A DNA stretch of 63,718 bases, filler included. It is 15 parts of 15 records of this genome, joined end to end, with 100 filler letters (N's around TTAATTAATTAA, not from the genome) between each part and the next. Parts side by side here need not be neighbours in the genome. Positions count along the whole stretch, not along the records: positions 22,351 to 27,366 come from SRR15195285_5140; positions 27,467 to 31,614 come from SRR15195285_5142; positions 31,715 to 34,798 come from SRR15195285_5143; positions 34,899 to 39,912 come from SRR15195285_5144; 11 more parts are not named here. One strand, written 5' to 3'. A program made the position numbers and the translations under genes. Positions 22,836 to 34,987 of this stretch are shown piece by piece. The first letter of the stretch is position 1. Every line of letters starts with the position of its first letter. The notes below the pieces were generated by a model. That model did not search any database and was not told the origin of the DNA. It worked only from the letters and a program-made list of their open reading frames with translations.

Positions 22836-25800
22836 GCCGCCGCTGGCAGCAGCGTCCGGCGCTGCATCGGACTACGCCTCGCTGCTCGAGAGCTACAAGG
22901 GCACGAAGCTTCAGCGCCGGGCCGCCAAGGGGCACGCTGAGGACGACTCTGCCGACAGCTTGTCTAGCGACGACGAGCAAAGCGAGATCGATGTGTACTT
23001 CGACGTAGAGACAGATGGCGGCGGCCGCGACGAGGTCTGCGTCTCCGTCCGCCGGACAGAGACCATGCAAATGGTGGTGGAGCGGGTTGCAGCTGCGGTC
23101 GGGCGAAGCCGCGAGCAGGTGTGCGATCTGATGGAGCTAGCCGCCGGCAATGAGCGGCAAACAGTGGCAGAGGTGAGCCCATCGCTATCCTTGCCGTGGC
23201 GGCAGGCGCTCACGGACGAGGACTGCCGCTTTGTAGTGCCCCGCATGGACACGCCACCTGCGCGGCGCGGCCCCCTTAGCCCGAGGGACCACGATACGAT
23301 GATCAGGTGGCGACAGCTGCCCGTGATTCGCTGGAGCACGTACTGGTAGCAGAGATGTCGCAGCTGGAGGAGCAGCGCGCGAGGCTGTCTGCGCAGTTGC
23401 GCCAGGCAGAGGTAGAGCTGGCGTCGTCGTCGCTCCGCTGCACAGAACTGCAAACAGAATGCATGGGCTTCCAGTCCGAGTTCGTCGGGATGTCGCGAGA
23501 TCATGAGCAGCTAAGCGTCGCACACGAACGGCTGACCGACGAGTGCCAGCAGCAGGCAGAGCAGTTGCAGCAGATGGTATCAGAATGTGAGGCCATGCGC
23601 GCCAGCGTGCTTCAGGCGCACGCTGCGACTGCAACGGAACTCTCGGTAAGTAAGGTTATGGAACAGCTACAGGATGAGCTGTGCCGCCTCCAGTGTGCCC
23701 TCGGGGACTCGGACGAAGTCGCCGCTACCGGTAGCTCGCTTGTTGCCAGCTCTGCCGTGAGCACGGACACTTACTCGCGTGAAGAGGAGCTGAGCGCCCT
23801 ACGAAGTGAGCGTGAGAAGCTACAGTCCGACCTGCTGCAAAGTGAGGACGAGCATACACATGATATCGAACGACTAGAATCTCAGCACGCTGCGGCCCTG
23901 GCCGCTCAGCGCGAGGAGTCAGTCGCAGTGATCGCACAGCTCTCGGCAGAGCATAGCAGGGTCGTCAAGCACTTGCAGGAAGATGCAGCGTATGCGACGG
24001 CGATATCGGCTGGTGGTTCTGCTGGTGACTGCGCTGATGATGAATCGGCGGAGCTGACACGTCGCCATCGAGAGGCCCTCCGTGCTTTGCAGGCTGAGCA
24101 CGACGTGGAAATGGCGCGCTTGCGTGAAGAGCACGCAGAGCAGCTGGCACGCCACGTTGAAGAACTTGAAGCAGTGTCGTTCCTGGTTGAGGTACCACTG
24201 GTGAAGTCCCTTACCGCTAGTGAGCTGCGAGATGTTGCGGCGACAATGGCCTCCGAATACTATGAAGACGAGAATATCGTAGAGGAGGGAGAGGTAGGCG
24301 ACTCGATGTATGTGATACAATCCGGAACAGCTGTGGTCGAGAAAGATGGTAGGCCCGTTGCGACGTACGGTCCGCGCGACTTCTTTGGCGAGAGGGTTCT
24401 GGTGATGTCAGGTTCTTTGGATGTGGGAGCAGGAGGAGGAACCGCGGCTCGTGCTGCAACAGTGCGTGCTGATGGCCCAGTGCAGTGTTTTCGCCTTGGT
24501 CAAGGTCCAGCAGAATCGCTTATGCAACGCTATGGACATATCAAGGAAGCGTTTGAAGCAAGGAGCAGACAATACGAAGAAGAGGATTATGCGAACAGTG
24601 TTAAGCGCAAGAGTAACTCTGGTAAGGACGGTACCAGTGTGACTCCTGTAAATAGACAACATGCATCATTATTGGGAACCCACCGTGGCGTCGATGCCGC
24701 ACGACAAATGGAGCCGACGACGGTGAGTACTACCATGATGGCTATCCTGGTGGACGCTATTTGCACGCTTTCTCGGGCTACTGCTCGAGGATTGCAGCTC
24801 GCTAAAATTGAGCGAAGTTACAATATTTTGCGCGAAGAGTTCGAGAGTCTTGGCGCTGCCTACAAGTTAAAACACCAAGAAGAGACCACCTTGCAGTCAC
24901 ACCTGGTAGCAATGGCCGCAGAAAAGGCAGAGGCCTTGGCAGCGAAATCAGCATCTGCGGAGGCTCTGAGAACTGTGAGTGGTGGTTATCAGGCTAACAT
25001 CGAGGCCAGCAGTGTGGAACTACGGAGCACAAAAGTAGCTCATGAAACTCTTCAGGCTAAACACACTGAGCTGACCGTAGAGCTTCGAGCAGCAACAAGC
25101 AAGCTCGAAGAGGCACAAGACGTCATCAGTCGGGTATTGGTGGAGAAGTCTCAAGATGCGGCAGCGGCTGCTGAGGTTGCTGCACAATCAGCCGAAGCCT
25201 TGGAACTAGAGCGGGCTAGAGTGAAAGAGTTGGAAGCAAACTTTACACATACGAAGCAGAGGCTCGACACTTTGCAGGACAGGTTTCGACAGCTTGAACA
25301 GGAAGAGGCAGCGACCACTCGGGCACTACGGGTGGTAAAGCAACTCTTGACTAGGATCGATGCAGGGCATGTGTTTGAGCAGTTTGACTCGAATGGCGAT
25401 GGTAGAGTGACAAGAGCAGAGCTGAGAGCTGGGTGCCTGCAAATGGGCTTGTGGCCACTGTTGTGCAGTTCCAAAGGTCAGGCTGAAAGCGTTGAAGGAC
25501 AACAAGATTTAGGTGTGGCAGCTGATAAGACGACGCCAGTCCTCGACGAAACAGATGAGAACGCCGTCACAATGACTATAGATTCCATTGTGCGCCTTGC
25601 TGACGCAGACGGCGACGGTACTATTGACGCGGCTGAATTTACGCGGTTGGGTCAGATGAAGCAAGAACTAGACCGCGTTTGTGACCAGATGGCGACCGCC
25701 CAGCATGAGGCAGAGTCAAAGCTAAGCCTGCTTGCTCAAGAGTCACAGCAGCACGTAGCAGAATTACGGCAGGCGTCAGAAGCTGAGCTGGCAAACGCAA

Positions 25801-26273
25801 ATGCCAAGTTAGCCGCGGCGCTAGTCGACCGAGACAGTGCACTGGAAAGGACTGTAATGCTGGAGGAGCAGCTGGCTTCGAGTGTCAAGAAAGGTAGTGC
25901 ACTGGAGGCGAGCCTGGCAGCATCACGAGAGCAGCTTGCTGGCATGTATAACGCGGTCGAGACTCAACATCGGGGTGTGGCACAGCTGAAAGAGCAGCTG
26001 AATCATGCAGAAAACAATATGAAGCACACGCAGACGATGCTAGATACGTCTGTTCAGCGGGCAGAGGAGCAACGTGCAAGGTTCAAGGTAGAAGTGGACA
26101 GCCTGCGCCAGGAACTTTCTCGGGTGACGGAGGAAGCACACTTGTCGGAGGTAGCGCTAACGGCAGCAATGGATGTCGTCGAACAGTGCCGAACGAAGGT
26201 TTCGCCTGCGGATTGGTCAACAATCACGGGGGCTACACAGCCACAGCTGCAGCAACACCCGAATAGTGCATAG
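22756..26273 (+). CDS. Coiled-coil protein with cyclic-nucleotide-binding domain and EF-hands; probable intron 23173-23279
   Basis: CNBD IVEEGEVGDSMYVIQSG...FFGE...RAATV. EF-hands DSNGDGRVTRAE and DADGDGTIDAAE. A GTGAGC donor and a phase-0 TAG acceptor link the two ORFs (CAG at 23306 is an alternative acceptor). Confidence 0.75.
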
Positions 26274-26323
26274 CGAGCGAATATACACTTTACACATTCG
26301 TGCAATGGGATCTTGAGTTTTTT

Positions 26324-27250
26324 TTACTTTCTCTGGCCTTCTGGCACTATGCTGTTGGGCAGTACATGGTGTCGGTACCCACAGCGGATCGCTGTGGGTT
26401 CCGGTGGGGCCCACGTCGCAGGATCGAGAACACCTGAGTCGCAGCATTGGCGATTGTACTCGACAATTGGGCAGCCTGGATTGTCTCGCGGTGACTGCTT
26501 ACCACAAGCCTTGTGGCAGCAATACGACATGCCTGGCGGTAGAGTTGGTTGTATGGGCGTACCCGGTCGCACGTACGTCCATGCTTCGCATCTTGGGTCT
26601 TGCACACAAGTAATAGCGCACTGCTGTGCGGTGATGTTCACTGGCTGGGCTGGTTGGCAGCCACCTCCAGCGATATCATGGCCGCTGATATCAGTGTGAA
26701 CCATGAACTTCAGCACCGGTTTGTTCGCTGCACGTAATGCTACACCATCCCGTGTACATTTGCAGTCCGGATGATCAAACTGCGCCGTGCTTAGAGCCAC
26801 AATCTTCCCACTAGCATCAGCAATTGTCGCGACTTGTGGTCCACAGGCGGGTCCGTAGCCGCCGCTTATGTTGTCAAAGGCAACGCTCTGCTCAAGCGTT
26901 GGTGGTATTGCAGCCACGAAAGGCGACGAAACGTTCGGTGCAATGTACACCGGCAGGTCTAAGCCAATGCTGTCGTGCCACCCACTGGGGTTCTCTCTGT
27001 CAACGATCACGACCACTCGTCCGTCGCGCAGGATACGTGCGTCCATTGTCTCCATTAGATTGGACGGTGGATTGTGGAGGACAGGCATGCCTTCACCCCA
27101 AGATGCTCCTGCATCTGTCGACGTAGTGTGGACGATGCAATGCGTCGCGTCCGGAGATCGCTGCCGGTCTCCGACTTCCCAGATCGGTGCACACGAGCAT
27201 GTGCTGGAGAGCGTCCACGAGCGTGAGTTCGCGAAGTCATTGTTCTCCTC
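26324..27250 (-). CDS. Partial protein with BNR/Asp-box repeat and PAN/apple domain (sialidase-like propeller fragment)
   Basis: The frame extends upstream of the track start through TSTDAGASW (Asp-box). PAN-like AQQCAITCVQDPRCEAWTY...CCHK. The 5' end is missing and the 3' end is uncertain. Confidence 0.55.
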   Translation of the reverse strand, partial: EENNDFANSRSWTLSSTCSCAPIWEVGDRQRSPDATHCIVHTTSTDAGASWGEGMPVLHNPPSNLMETMDARILRDGRVVVIVDRENPSGWHDSIGLDLPVYIAPNVSSPFVAAIPPTLEQSVAFDNISGGYGPACGPQVATIADASGKIVALSTAQFDHPDCKCTRDGVALRAANKPVLKFMVHTDISGHDIAGGGCQPAQPVNITAQQCAITCVQDPRCEAWTYVRPGTPIQPTLPPGMSYCCHKACGKQSPRDNPGCPIVEYNRQCCDSGVLDPATWAPPEPTAIRCGYRHHVLPNSIVPEGQRK

Positions 27251-27726
27251 TCAGTCATTTGTATAGAGAACTCAACAGGGACTTATCCGCGCGCCCGCGA
27301 TCCCCAAAACGGGGCCCAGGAGGACGAGCGAGGTGCACCGACAGCACAGCCCCCAGCCCCCCCCCCNNNNNNNNNNNNNNNNNNNNNNNNNNNNNNNNNN
27401 NNNNNNNNNNTTAATTAATTAANNNNNNNNNNNNNNNNNNNNNNNNNNNNNNNNNNNNNNNNNNNNATGCACTAGAACACACTAAAACACACTATGCATG
27501 TACCGCGCGTGATTGTTGCAGTCAGCGTCCGCGCGAGGTGCATGCATGGTCCGAAGGCTGCGTTGGCCTCTTGATTTGTATATGCAGTGCTGGCATCCGT
27601 ATTGGGGTCGTATGGCCCAATAGCTATCGCTTCGCGGAAGCAAGTGTTGCAGCTACCGACGGAGTTGCCGGTGAAGGTCTGCCCCATCCGTCGATGCGCA
27701 GCCACACCTAGGTGAAACCCACGAGG

Positions 27727-30371
27727 ATGTACGCCAATGGGTCGAGGGGCGCCCTGGCTCCGACGTCCGAATCCGTTTCGTTCGGGAAGTCACTGGCGGG
27801 CAAGCTTGCGATCGTGACTGGCGCAAGCACCGGCATCGGAACGGAGATAGCTCGCGTGCTGGCGTTGAGAGGCTCACACGTCTGGATGTGCGGTCGCAGC
27901 GAGGAGAAGGTCGGTGCTGCAATCGAGAGCAATCGGCACAGAATGCGCACCAGACGCTGCCACCAGTCTGGAGCGTGCTGCTCGTGCCGGAAAGATGCGC
28001 CGTGTCCCGGATGCTGCTGTTCTCGGTGTCAGCTTGCCCCGAGACTCGTCGAAGACATGCGGAAGAGTATCGGCGAAAAGGCTGACAATCTCGAGTGGTG
28101 CGAGGTGAGATTTCCTGCAGCCTGGCTGGTCTGGCGGTTGTAGTGACTGCCAACTGTGCCGGATTGCAGGTGCACCTTGAGCGAATGGTGTCTGTCAAAG
28201 CGTTTGTGGACAAGATTGAAGCAATGGTGAAAGATTTTCACGCTGGCTCGCCCGCACGCGTGATAAAGCAGCCGGCGAAAAAAGACCCATTCTTTGCCTC
28301 ACTGTACGAGAGCGACAAGGATCGCAAAAAACGAGAGAAGCGAGAGTCGAAGGAACAGAAGAAAGCCAGCGGTCAGCAAGACAGAACAAAAAAAGTAAAG
28401 AAAAACGGTACGAATGGGTGTTTGCTAGTGGCACCATTTACGTTGTACTGATTTTATGTGCCACAGGGACAACGGAGGGCAGCAAGTACGCAGATGGAAA
28501 AGAGGCTTCCTCCCTACACGATGCATGGGTAGTGAAACCACGGCCATCGTTCTCTAAGGTTGATTTACTCTACCTGAATGCCTCAGCTGTCAATCAGGAC
28601 ATGCTAGTGACTCCCGATGGACACGAGTACACATATCAAGTAAACTACCTCTCCCACTTCTATATCGTCCACCAAATGTTGGCACGTGGGCTGCTTGCGC
28701 CGGACGCGCGCATCATTATCACACAGACAAAGGAGGTACTCTCAGGCCCAAAGCGGTCATGGCCAGGACCTGAGATGCTCCTAGACCCAGCAGCTGCGCT
28801 TAAAAGAGCTGCAGGTGAGCCAACAGATCAACTCACTCATTAATTTCTGCTGGACAGCTGCTGATGAGCATCAAAACGTGCCATCACGTGCCCAGGGATG
28901 TCCAAACAAGCAGAGGCTAAAGCAATGAAGCGTGCAGCGCAGAGATCGTCAGCAAGAGCAGCCGAGTCCCAAAAGATGCTTGTCTTCATGCAGGTTGAGC
29001 TTGCTCGGCAGTGTGCCGCGGCCGGTTCTCGCATCACTGTAGCTGGCTGCGTCTCTGGCTTTGTCGTCACTGACATCGATCATATCCGAAGTAACATTCG
29101 TCGCCGATCGGTTCGGTGCTTGAAGTGTTGTTGTGGACGATGCTGCACATGTTGTGATATCGGACCGGAGCTCGATTCCGCAGCCGCGACATTTCTATGG
29201 CTTGGAGTGTCAAAAGAATCGAGTCTGTGTTCAGGTACGATGTGGCGCGACATGCAACAGCAATCGATGCCAAAGTGAGTCCGCGCCTCGCCAAATGATG
29301 GGGAGCACCAGGCCTTTCTGCTTACACTTTCGTCTTGACTGTGTAGGCATATCGTGGGTCTAAATGAATCTGCTGAGGAGGAGTGGATTGAACAGAAGCA
29401 GCGTAGAAAGGCCAAACGCAAGGAGCTGCTGAAGACAGGGGCAATCCACAAGAAAATGTCGAAGGCCATGGCAGCAACCCTCACGCAACAGAGCTTGCAG
29501 CGCGACTATGCAACACTTCCTGTGGAACAGAGGCAACAGCTCGAACGTGAGAAGCAGGACGCCAAGCAGCAGTGGTTACATGCAGACAGCCTCGCATTCA
29601 AGTTTTGGCGCGCCACAGAGAAGTATCTGGGGCTCGAGACTTTAACGGTTGGTGGCCAAGAGACAACAAATGTTGGTGAGAGCTGCCACAGATCCTCGCG
29701 AATAATTATGAGCAACTCTAGTCGAAATGTTGCATCTGAACTGCGTCTATCACATATTCATCTGCGGCTTGCATATTGTGCATGTGATACTGTCAATGGT
29801 GATATTCACAATGGGCAGAAGCAAGTTGCAAGGCTCCACCGTCGCCGTGCCCGGCTTCTACAGGTGGCGATCCACTAGGCTTGACATTGCCAGGCTCAGA
29901 AAGAATTGCTGATGAAGATCCACACGAGGAAGAAGCAACTTCAGGTTTGAAAGACTCGAAACACCATAGAATTCCAGTAGGACAAACGAATTTGTGCGAG
30001 CATGAAGTAGTTGAGACTATGGGAATTAACGACTACAGCGATGTCGGCGACGATAGTGATACCGTAGTGATCGCCCCTAGAGTTCCAAGCAGGTGGCAGG
30101 TCAGTTGCTCTTCACAAACTGACGACATCTCTTGGCTGCCTAGCTGGGTAAAGCTATGACGCTCAAAGGTCTGCGACTCACTTGGCTGCCTTTTCGCATT
30201 GCATGTGTGCTTGGATTCAATTGGGTGGTGCAGTTTGAGGGAGCAGACCATGTCGCGAACGAAGAGATGAAGATTTCCAGCAGGGATCCATCGGAACGCT
30301 TGCTTCTTGCGATGCTTGAGAAGGACACCGAGTCTCTTGAGCAACTAGTCCCGAAGGGATCATCGCCCTGA
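27727..30371 (+). CDS. Divergent SDR (retinol dehydrogenase/WWOX-like), 8 exons; introns 27910-28032, 28105-28169, 28408-28466, 28815-28895, 29275-29346, 29676-29818, 30148-30233
   Basis: AIVTGASTGIG, VDLLYLNA, TPDGHEYTYQVNYLSHF, ARIII, SGFVVTDI. All seven GT-AG introns are phase-compatible. Confidence 0.75.
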
Positions 30372-30609
30372 TTTACTGAGATGATTCTCACCTGGCGTCA
30401 AAGCGTTTTTTAGTTCTGGGCTGCCACTCATCAAGAGTGTGCCACTTTTTGTTCGCATTCTATGGTTGGTTTCGTTGCGGTGTTCACAGTGTTGGATTCG
30501 ATTTTTTGTGGCGGCAAGCTGTGCGTGAGGAAGTACAATCATTGACATAATCATGTTTGTGTTCCAACAGAACCAAATGCTTCATTGACGTGTTCGTGAT
30601 TACTATCTA

Positions 30610-31614
30610 TCAAACAAGCGCCATTTGTTGTACTGTTAGCTCATGATCACGAGTTACACCTCCGATTCGGAAACGCGGGTTTAGACTTTTTCGCCACGCT
30701 TCAATCTCTTCCTTCGTCGGTGGATCTCGCCCCCCGCTGCCCTGGTTCCCATTGGTTTCATAGCAAGGGTTGTGGCCACACCAACCACCAGTGCCACCGG
30801 TATAGCCGTTTGTAATCGCTACCACACGGCTCTTTAATACTTCCGGGGCTGCGAGAGTACGCGGATACATGCTACACAAAACTGCAGCGCGCTCGAGCTC
30901 AGGGTCGGTAGGACCTGGCCCAACACCGGGACCATTTCCATGAATGGTGCGATCATCCCAGACCAGAGCATCGCCTGGATACATCTCTACCCTGATCGCG
31001 CCAGCAAGCTCTTCTGGGTTGTTCTGAATTATGTCTCCCGTGTTCGGTTTCAGGCCGTTTTGCGAGTACTTTTGTGACAATTCGTGGTAGCGGCGATGGG
31101 ATCGTGGAACGACGACATTGCCACCCTTGTGCGCAGCCGTGGGGAGCAAGTTGACGAGGCCCTGACATACTGCACGGCGTTCTGGATCGAAGCCTCCCTC
31201 TCCCCGCCTCCCATCGATGTGGAAGTTGCCTGCCCGAGTCCGCCAGCTAGGCTTGATGCCACTTGGACGGAGCAGCGATATGCCGTCGAAGCTTGTGATG
31301 AGCTCGTCAGTCTGCACACCAAACAGGCCAGCCCACAGCATCTGGACACGTGGCTTACCGCGCACGTACCACGCAGCCTCGCACTGTGCAAGACCGTAGG
31401 CAGAATGTAAGGTCGGGTTCCCCCCTGAAGGGCTCCAGTCGTCGTCAGACCACGTTTCAGGCTTCCAGCGCTGCACACCAGTGCCCTACACCAAGGCGCG
31501 GTCGTGAGGACGATGGAACAGCGCATTAATTGTGTCATTATGAATACGTGGGAGTACAGGAAAACGGCCTGTGTTACCTGGGCTTCTAGAAACCACCAGA
31601 TCTTATCCAACGTG
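30610..31614 (-). CDS. Phytanoyl-CoA dioxygenase (PhyH)-family 2OG-Fe(II) oxygenase, 5'-truncated; intron 31486-31577
   Basis: ELITSFDG, FHID (HxD), QGLVNL, GGNVVVPRSH, GDALVWDDRTIHGN. Splicing gives IWWFLEAQ|GTGVQRWKPETW. Confidence 0.8.
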
Positions 31615-31714
31615 NNNNNNNNNNNNNNNNNNNNNNNNNNNNNNNNNNNNNNNNNNNNTTAATTAATTAANNNNNNNNNNNNNNNNNNNNNNNNNNNNNN
31701 NNNNNNNNNNNNNN

Positions 31715-31780
31715 GACGGACAGACTGACGGACAGACAGACGGAAGGGGGAGAGACGGAGACGGACGGGCGGGCGGACAC
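31715..31780. repeat. (GACG/GACA)n tetranucleotide microsatellite at contig start
   Basis: gacggacagactgacggacagacagacgga...gacggacgggcgggcgga. Confidence 0.8.
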
Positions 31781-31865
31781 GCAGAGGAGGACGCAGCCGC
31801 ACGGTGACGCAGCTCGCACGGACGACCGGCGCCGCGGCAAGAGTGAGGGAGTGGTGGGTGGAGGC

Positions 31866-33257
31866 ATGGCGGAGCAGGAGGGAGGAGGAGCAGGCGGAGC
31901 GGCCACGCTCGGGGAGATCGTGTCGGTCGGCGAATACGCGGCGCGGCGGTTGCTGGCAGCCGCGGGAGGCGAGGGTAGCGAGGAGCATTCCGCCGCCATC
32001 CGCAACTGCGCGCTGCACTACCTGCATGCGGACGGCAAGTTCGTCCAACTTGCGGCCGAGCTCTTCGTCATGTGCGGCGGGAGCGTCCCAGACAGCGAAG
32101 CCACCACCCACGCGGCGGAGGAAGAGTTTGTCCAGCAGCTGACAGCTGAGCTTGAGCAGTGCTTTGCTGAGTACTTCAGGGAGCACTGGGACGATCCCGA
32201 TGGGCTGCTCCAGGCCAACAAGCTTCTGGACGGGGCCGAACCTGCCGCCGAACCAGACGAAGCACTGACCCCTACTACCAGCCTATGGGCCAAACTGCAC
32301 AAGCTTGAGCACCGGCAGTTCGTTGCGAAGTCTCTGCACGCGAAGCGGGAGTTTTTGACACTGGGCGAGATCCTGAGAGAGACTGCGCCAGAGACGCGAG
32401 ACCCGGCTCGTCGTCCGACCGCGCGGCTGCTCGGTGGTGGGATGGCGGCAGGTAAGAGCACAGTGGTAGGAATGCTAAAGGAGAACTGGAAGGACAGCGT
32501 CGTCATCGAAGCAGACGCTTTCAAGATGCACGACCCGATATTCGACCAGCTGAACAAGGACGAACACGGCGCGAACGAGGTCGGGATGGTTGTGCACTCG
32601 CACTCGACCGATGCAGCGAACGAAGAGCTGCTCGCGGCGCTACTCAACCAGCGCGACATCGTGATGGACGGGACTATGACCTGGAAGCCATTCGTCGAGC
32701 AGACAATCGACATGATCCGACACGTACACGAGAGGGAATATAAGCTCGGGCCCGGGTGGCAGCCGGCCACGAAGACAGAGCAGTACTGGGTTGATGTTGG
32801 TCCACGCACGGTTGACGAGGGTGCGCCAGCGCCGCTGCCGTACAAGATTGAGATGATTGGAGTGACTGTTGACCCATCGCTCGCGGTTGGGCGTGGGCTG
32901 CGGCGCAAGATGATGACGGGCCGTGGCGTGCCAGTGTCGCCGCAGCTGCGGTCGCATCGGCTGTATTCGGAGCACTTCGAAGCGTACCTACCACTGCTCG
33001 ACGAGGCGTCGCTTTACGATACATCTGTGGGTTTCGGAAAGGCCAAGCTCGTTGCAACGTACTCGAAGATGTTCGGGGAGTCGCTGCTTGTGGATGAAGG
33101 CGGAGCGTCATGGAGCAGTTTCAAGCGCAAGGCGTTCATCGAGGACAAAGCTCGAGGCGCTTTCGAGATGTACTCCGATGGCCCTTTCGTTGCTGATTCC
33201 GTTCCCGTGGGTGCCGAGATCACGGCACGACTTGCAGGACTGGTTAATGGCGAATGA
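31866..33257 (+). CDS. Zeta-toxin-fold P-loop kinase, plant Ca2+/calmodulin-dependent NAD kinase (NADKc)-like
   Basis: GGGMAAGKST, VVIEADAFK, VHSHSTDAA, RDIVMDGTMTW.PFVEQTI, PYKIEMIGV, QLRSHR. These blocks are collinear with the plant NADKc family as I recall it. Confidence 0.82.
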   Translation: MAEQEGGGAGGAATLGEIVSVGEYAARRLLAAAGGEGSEEHSAAIRNCALHYLHADGKFVQLAAELFVMCGGSVPDSEATTHAAEEEFVQQLTAELEQCFAEYFREHWDDPDGLLQANKLLDGAEPAAEPDEALTPTTSLWAKLHKLEHRQFVAKSLHAKREFLTLGEILRETAPETRDPARRPTARLLGGGMAAGKSTVVGMLKENWKDSVVIEADAFKMHDPIFDQLNKDEHGANEVGMVVHSHSTDAANEELLAALLNQRDIVMDGTMTWKPFVEQTIDMIRHVHEREYKLGPGWQPATKTEQYWVDVGPRTVDEGAPAPLPYKIEMIGVTVDPSLAVGRGLRRKMMTGRGVPVSPQLRSHRLYSEHFEAYLPLLDEASLYDTSVGFGKAKLVATYSKMFGESLLVDEGGASWSSFKRKAFIEDKARGAFEMYSDGPFVADSVPVGAEITARLAGLVNGE

Positions 33258-33475
33258 AAGAAAAGTCAGCAGTACCCTCGCTGCTAGATTCTATGTAGAT
33301 TACACAGCACACGTTTCAGCCGAGCCACCAGATGGGTTACGCACACTAGTGCAGAGTCACCACAACTTTCGGTTCGTTCATTGGGCTGACGCTACTTTTC
33401 GTGAGGGTTGCAGTTCAGGGTGGGAGCCTCGGAGCTCTCACGCATTCATACTGCTCCGAGCGACCACTGCTTCAG

Positions 33476-34798
33476 CTATGGCGAATGTCTTTGTTTGGTG
33501 AGAATCGCATTCGTCGGGATGCCATAATACGCCAACGTGCGCCCATCCTGTAGAACGACGGGAGGTAGGTCACCGAGCCTACCGTCTGGATCGTACGTGA
33601 GGATACTCTCATTGTCGTAGCGATGTCCTTCCTTGTCTTGCATCTTAGCACGCACGCTCTGAATGGTGTCGTTGCGCAACACCCAAAGCATGAATTTTTG
33701 CGCGTGCGCGTTGACGACGAAGATCTGAATTTGCTCGTGACCTTGCCTCGAGAGCTGCCGCATGTGATCTCCATGCTGTGGACCCGCGATCTTCTGAAAC
33801 CAGACACAGAACTCATCGTAGTCGACGTCCCCACCTGTCAAACAGTGCATGGTTAAGCGAGGGCGTGTCTTTATGCAAGTAATGTGGACGGCACGGAGGC
33901 AGCATTGTGCATGTGCGCACAACATAGGTGCGATACGTACTGCTATTCCTGTCAACTTCTTTCAGCACTTCGTTCGGGTCCTCTGTCCGACCCATACGGA
34001 GCAAAACCCGCTTGATTTCGCTCGCATCGAGGGTCCCACTATTATCCTGATCCAGGTCATCCCAGACCCTCTTGAGCTGGTCAGCCTGGCGAGTTTTCCG
34101 GTCTTCCTCTGCAGCTTTCAGTATCTTGATCTTCTCTTTGTCTCCCCGTTGTCTCGCCTCAGTAAGCTCTGCAGCTTGGAGTGCGGCCGCGACTTCTTCC
34201 GCAGTAGGTTCCGGCCGGCTAGCAGTCTCACGCTCCAAGCGAGCAGCCTCAGCACGCGCAGCCTTCTGAGCAGCGAGTTTTGATTTCGCAGACGAGAGAT
34301 TTGTCTGCAATTGATTTTTCAAATCGTCGCTTTGCGTGTCCAAGTCCAATCCCGCTTTGAATTCGTCAATTGCACCCTCATACAGTCGATCTTCCAGCAA
34401 ATTCTCTCCTTTGACGAGATACTTCTGTGCCTCCACGCGTGCAGCGTCACGAGCAACCAGTGATGCCTCAGAAGATTTCAAACCACCGCGAAGTTGTGAT
34501 TTCAGTCTCTGATCGCTGACACCGTCGACAGCCAGTCCAGCAGTAAACAATTCGATTGCCGACTCCCAACCATATGCAGCAACAGCTTTATGAGCGTCCG
34601 AAAGCATACCACGTGCCGCTTCAAGGGCAGCAGCCAACGCTTTCTTAGCAGTGAGCGCGCCGCTTCTGAAGCTTCTCGACAGCTCACTGCTGTTCACGTC
34701 CAGGTTCAAAGCCATATTATACGCTTCGATCGCTGCCTCGAAATCGTACACTCCCATGCAGGATTCTCCTGTCGCCACATGCTCCGCAGCCTCGGCGC
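33476..34798 (-). CDS. TPR + EF-hand + C-terminal ubiquitin-like domain protein, 5'-truncated; intron 33835-33940
   Basis: TPR-like FEAAIEAYNMALNLD and YEGAIDEFKAGLDLD. EF-hands DQDNSGTLDASE and spliced DRNSSGDVDYDE. Ubl QIFV...DTIQSVRAKMQDKEG...LQDGRTLAYYGI. Confidence 0.78.
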
Positions 34799-34903
34799 NN
34801 NNNNNNNNNNNNNNNNNNNNNNNNNNNNNNNNNNNNNNNNNNTTAATTAATTAANNNNNNNNNNNNNNNNNNNNNNNNNNNNNNNNNNNNNNNNNNNNAC
34901 CAC

Positions 34904-34987
34904 GGAGAAATCACTGAGAAATCGGCTAGACCAGGATTCAACTGTCTGGGAATTCCTTGGTCCATCCGATTTCTCACTGATTTCTCC
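34904..34987. repeat. Inverted repeat/hairpin (22-bp arms, 1 mismatch, 40-bp partly self-complementary spacer)
   Basis: GGAGAAATCACTGAGAAATCGG (34904-34925) versus CCGATTTCTCACTGATTTCTCC (34966-34987). Confidence 0.9.

Noticed and set aside
31866-33257. Zeta/epsilon toxin-antitoxin system
   Set aside because: There is no antitoxin ORF, the context is eukaryotic, and the motifs match the plant NADKc subfamily better.
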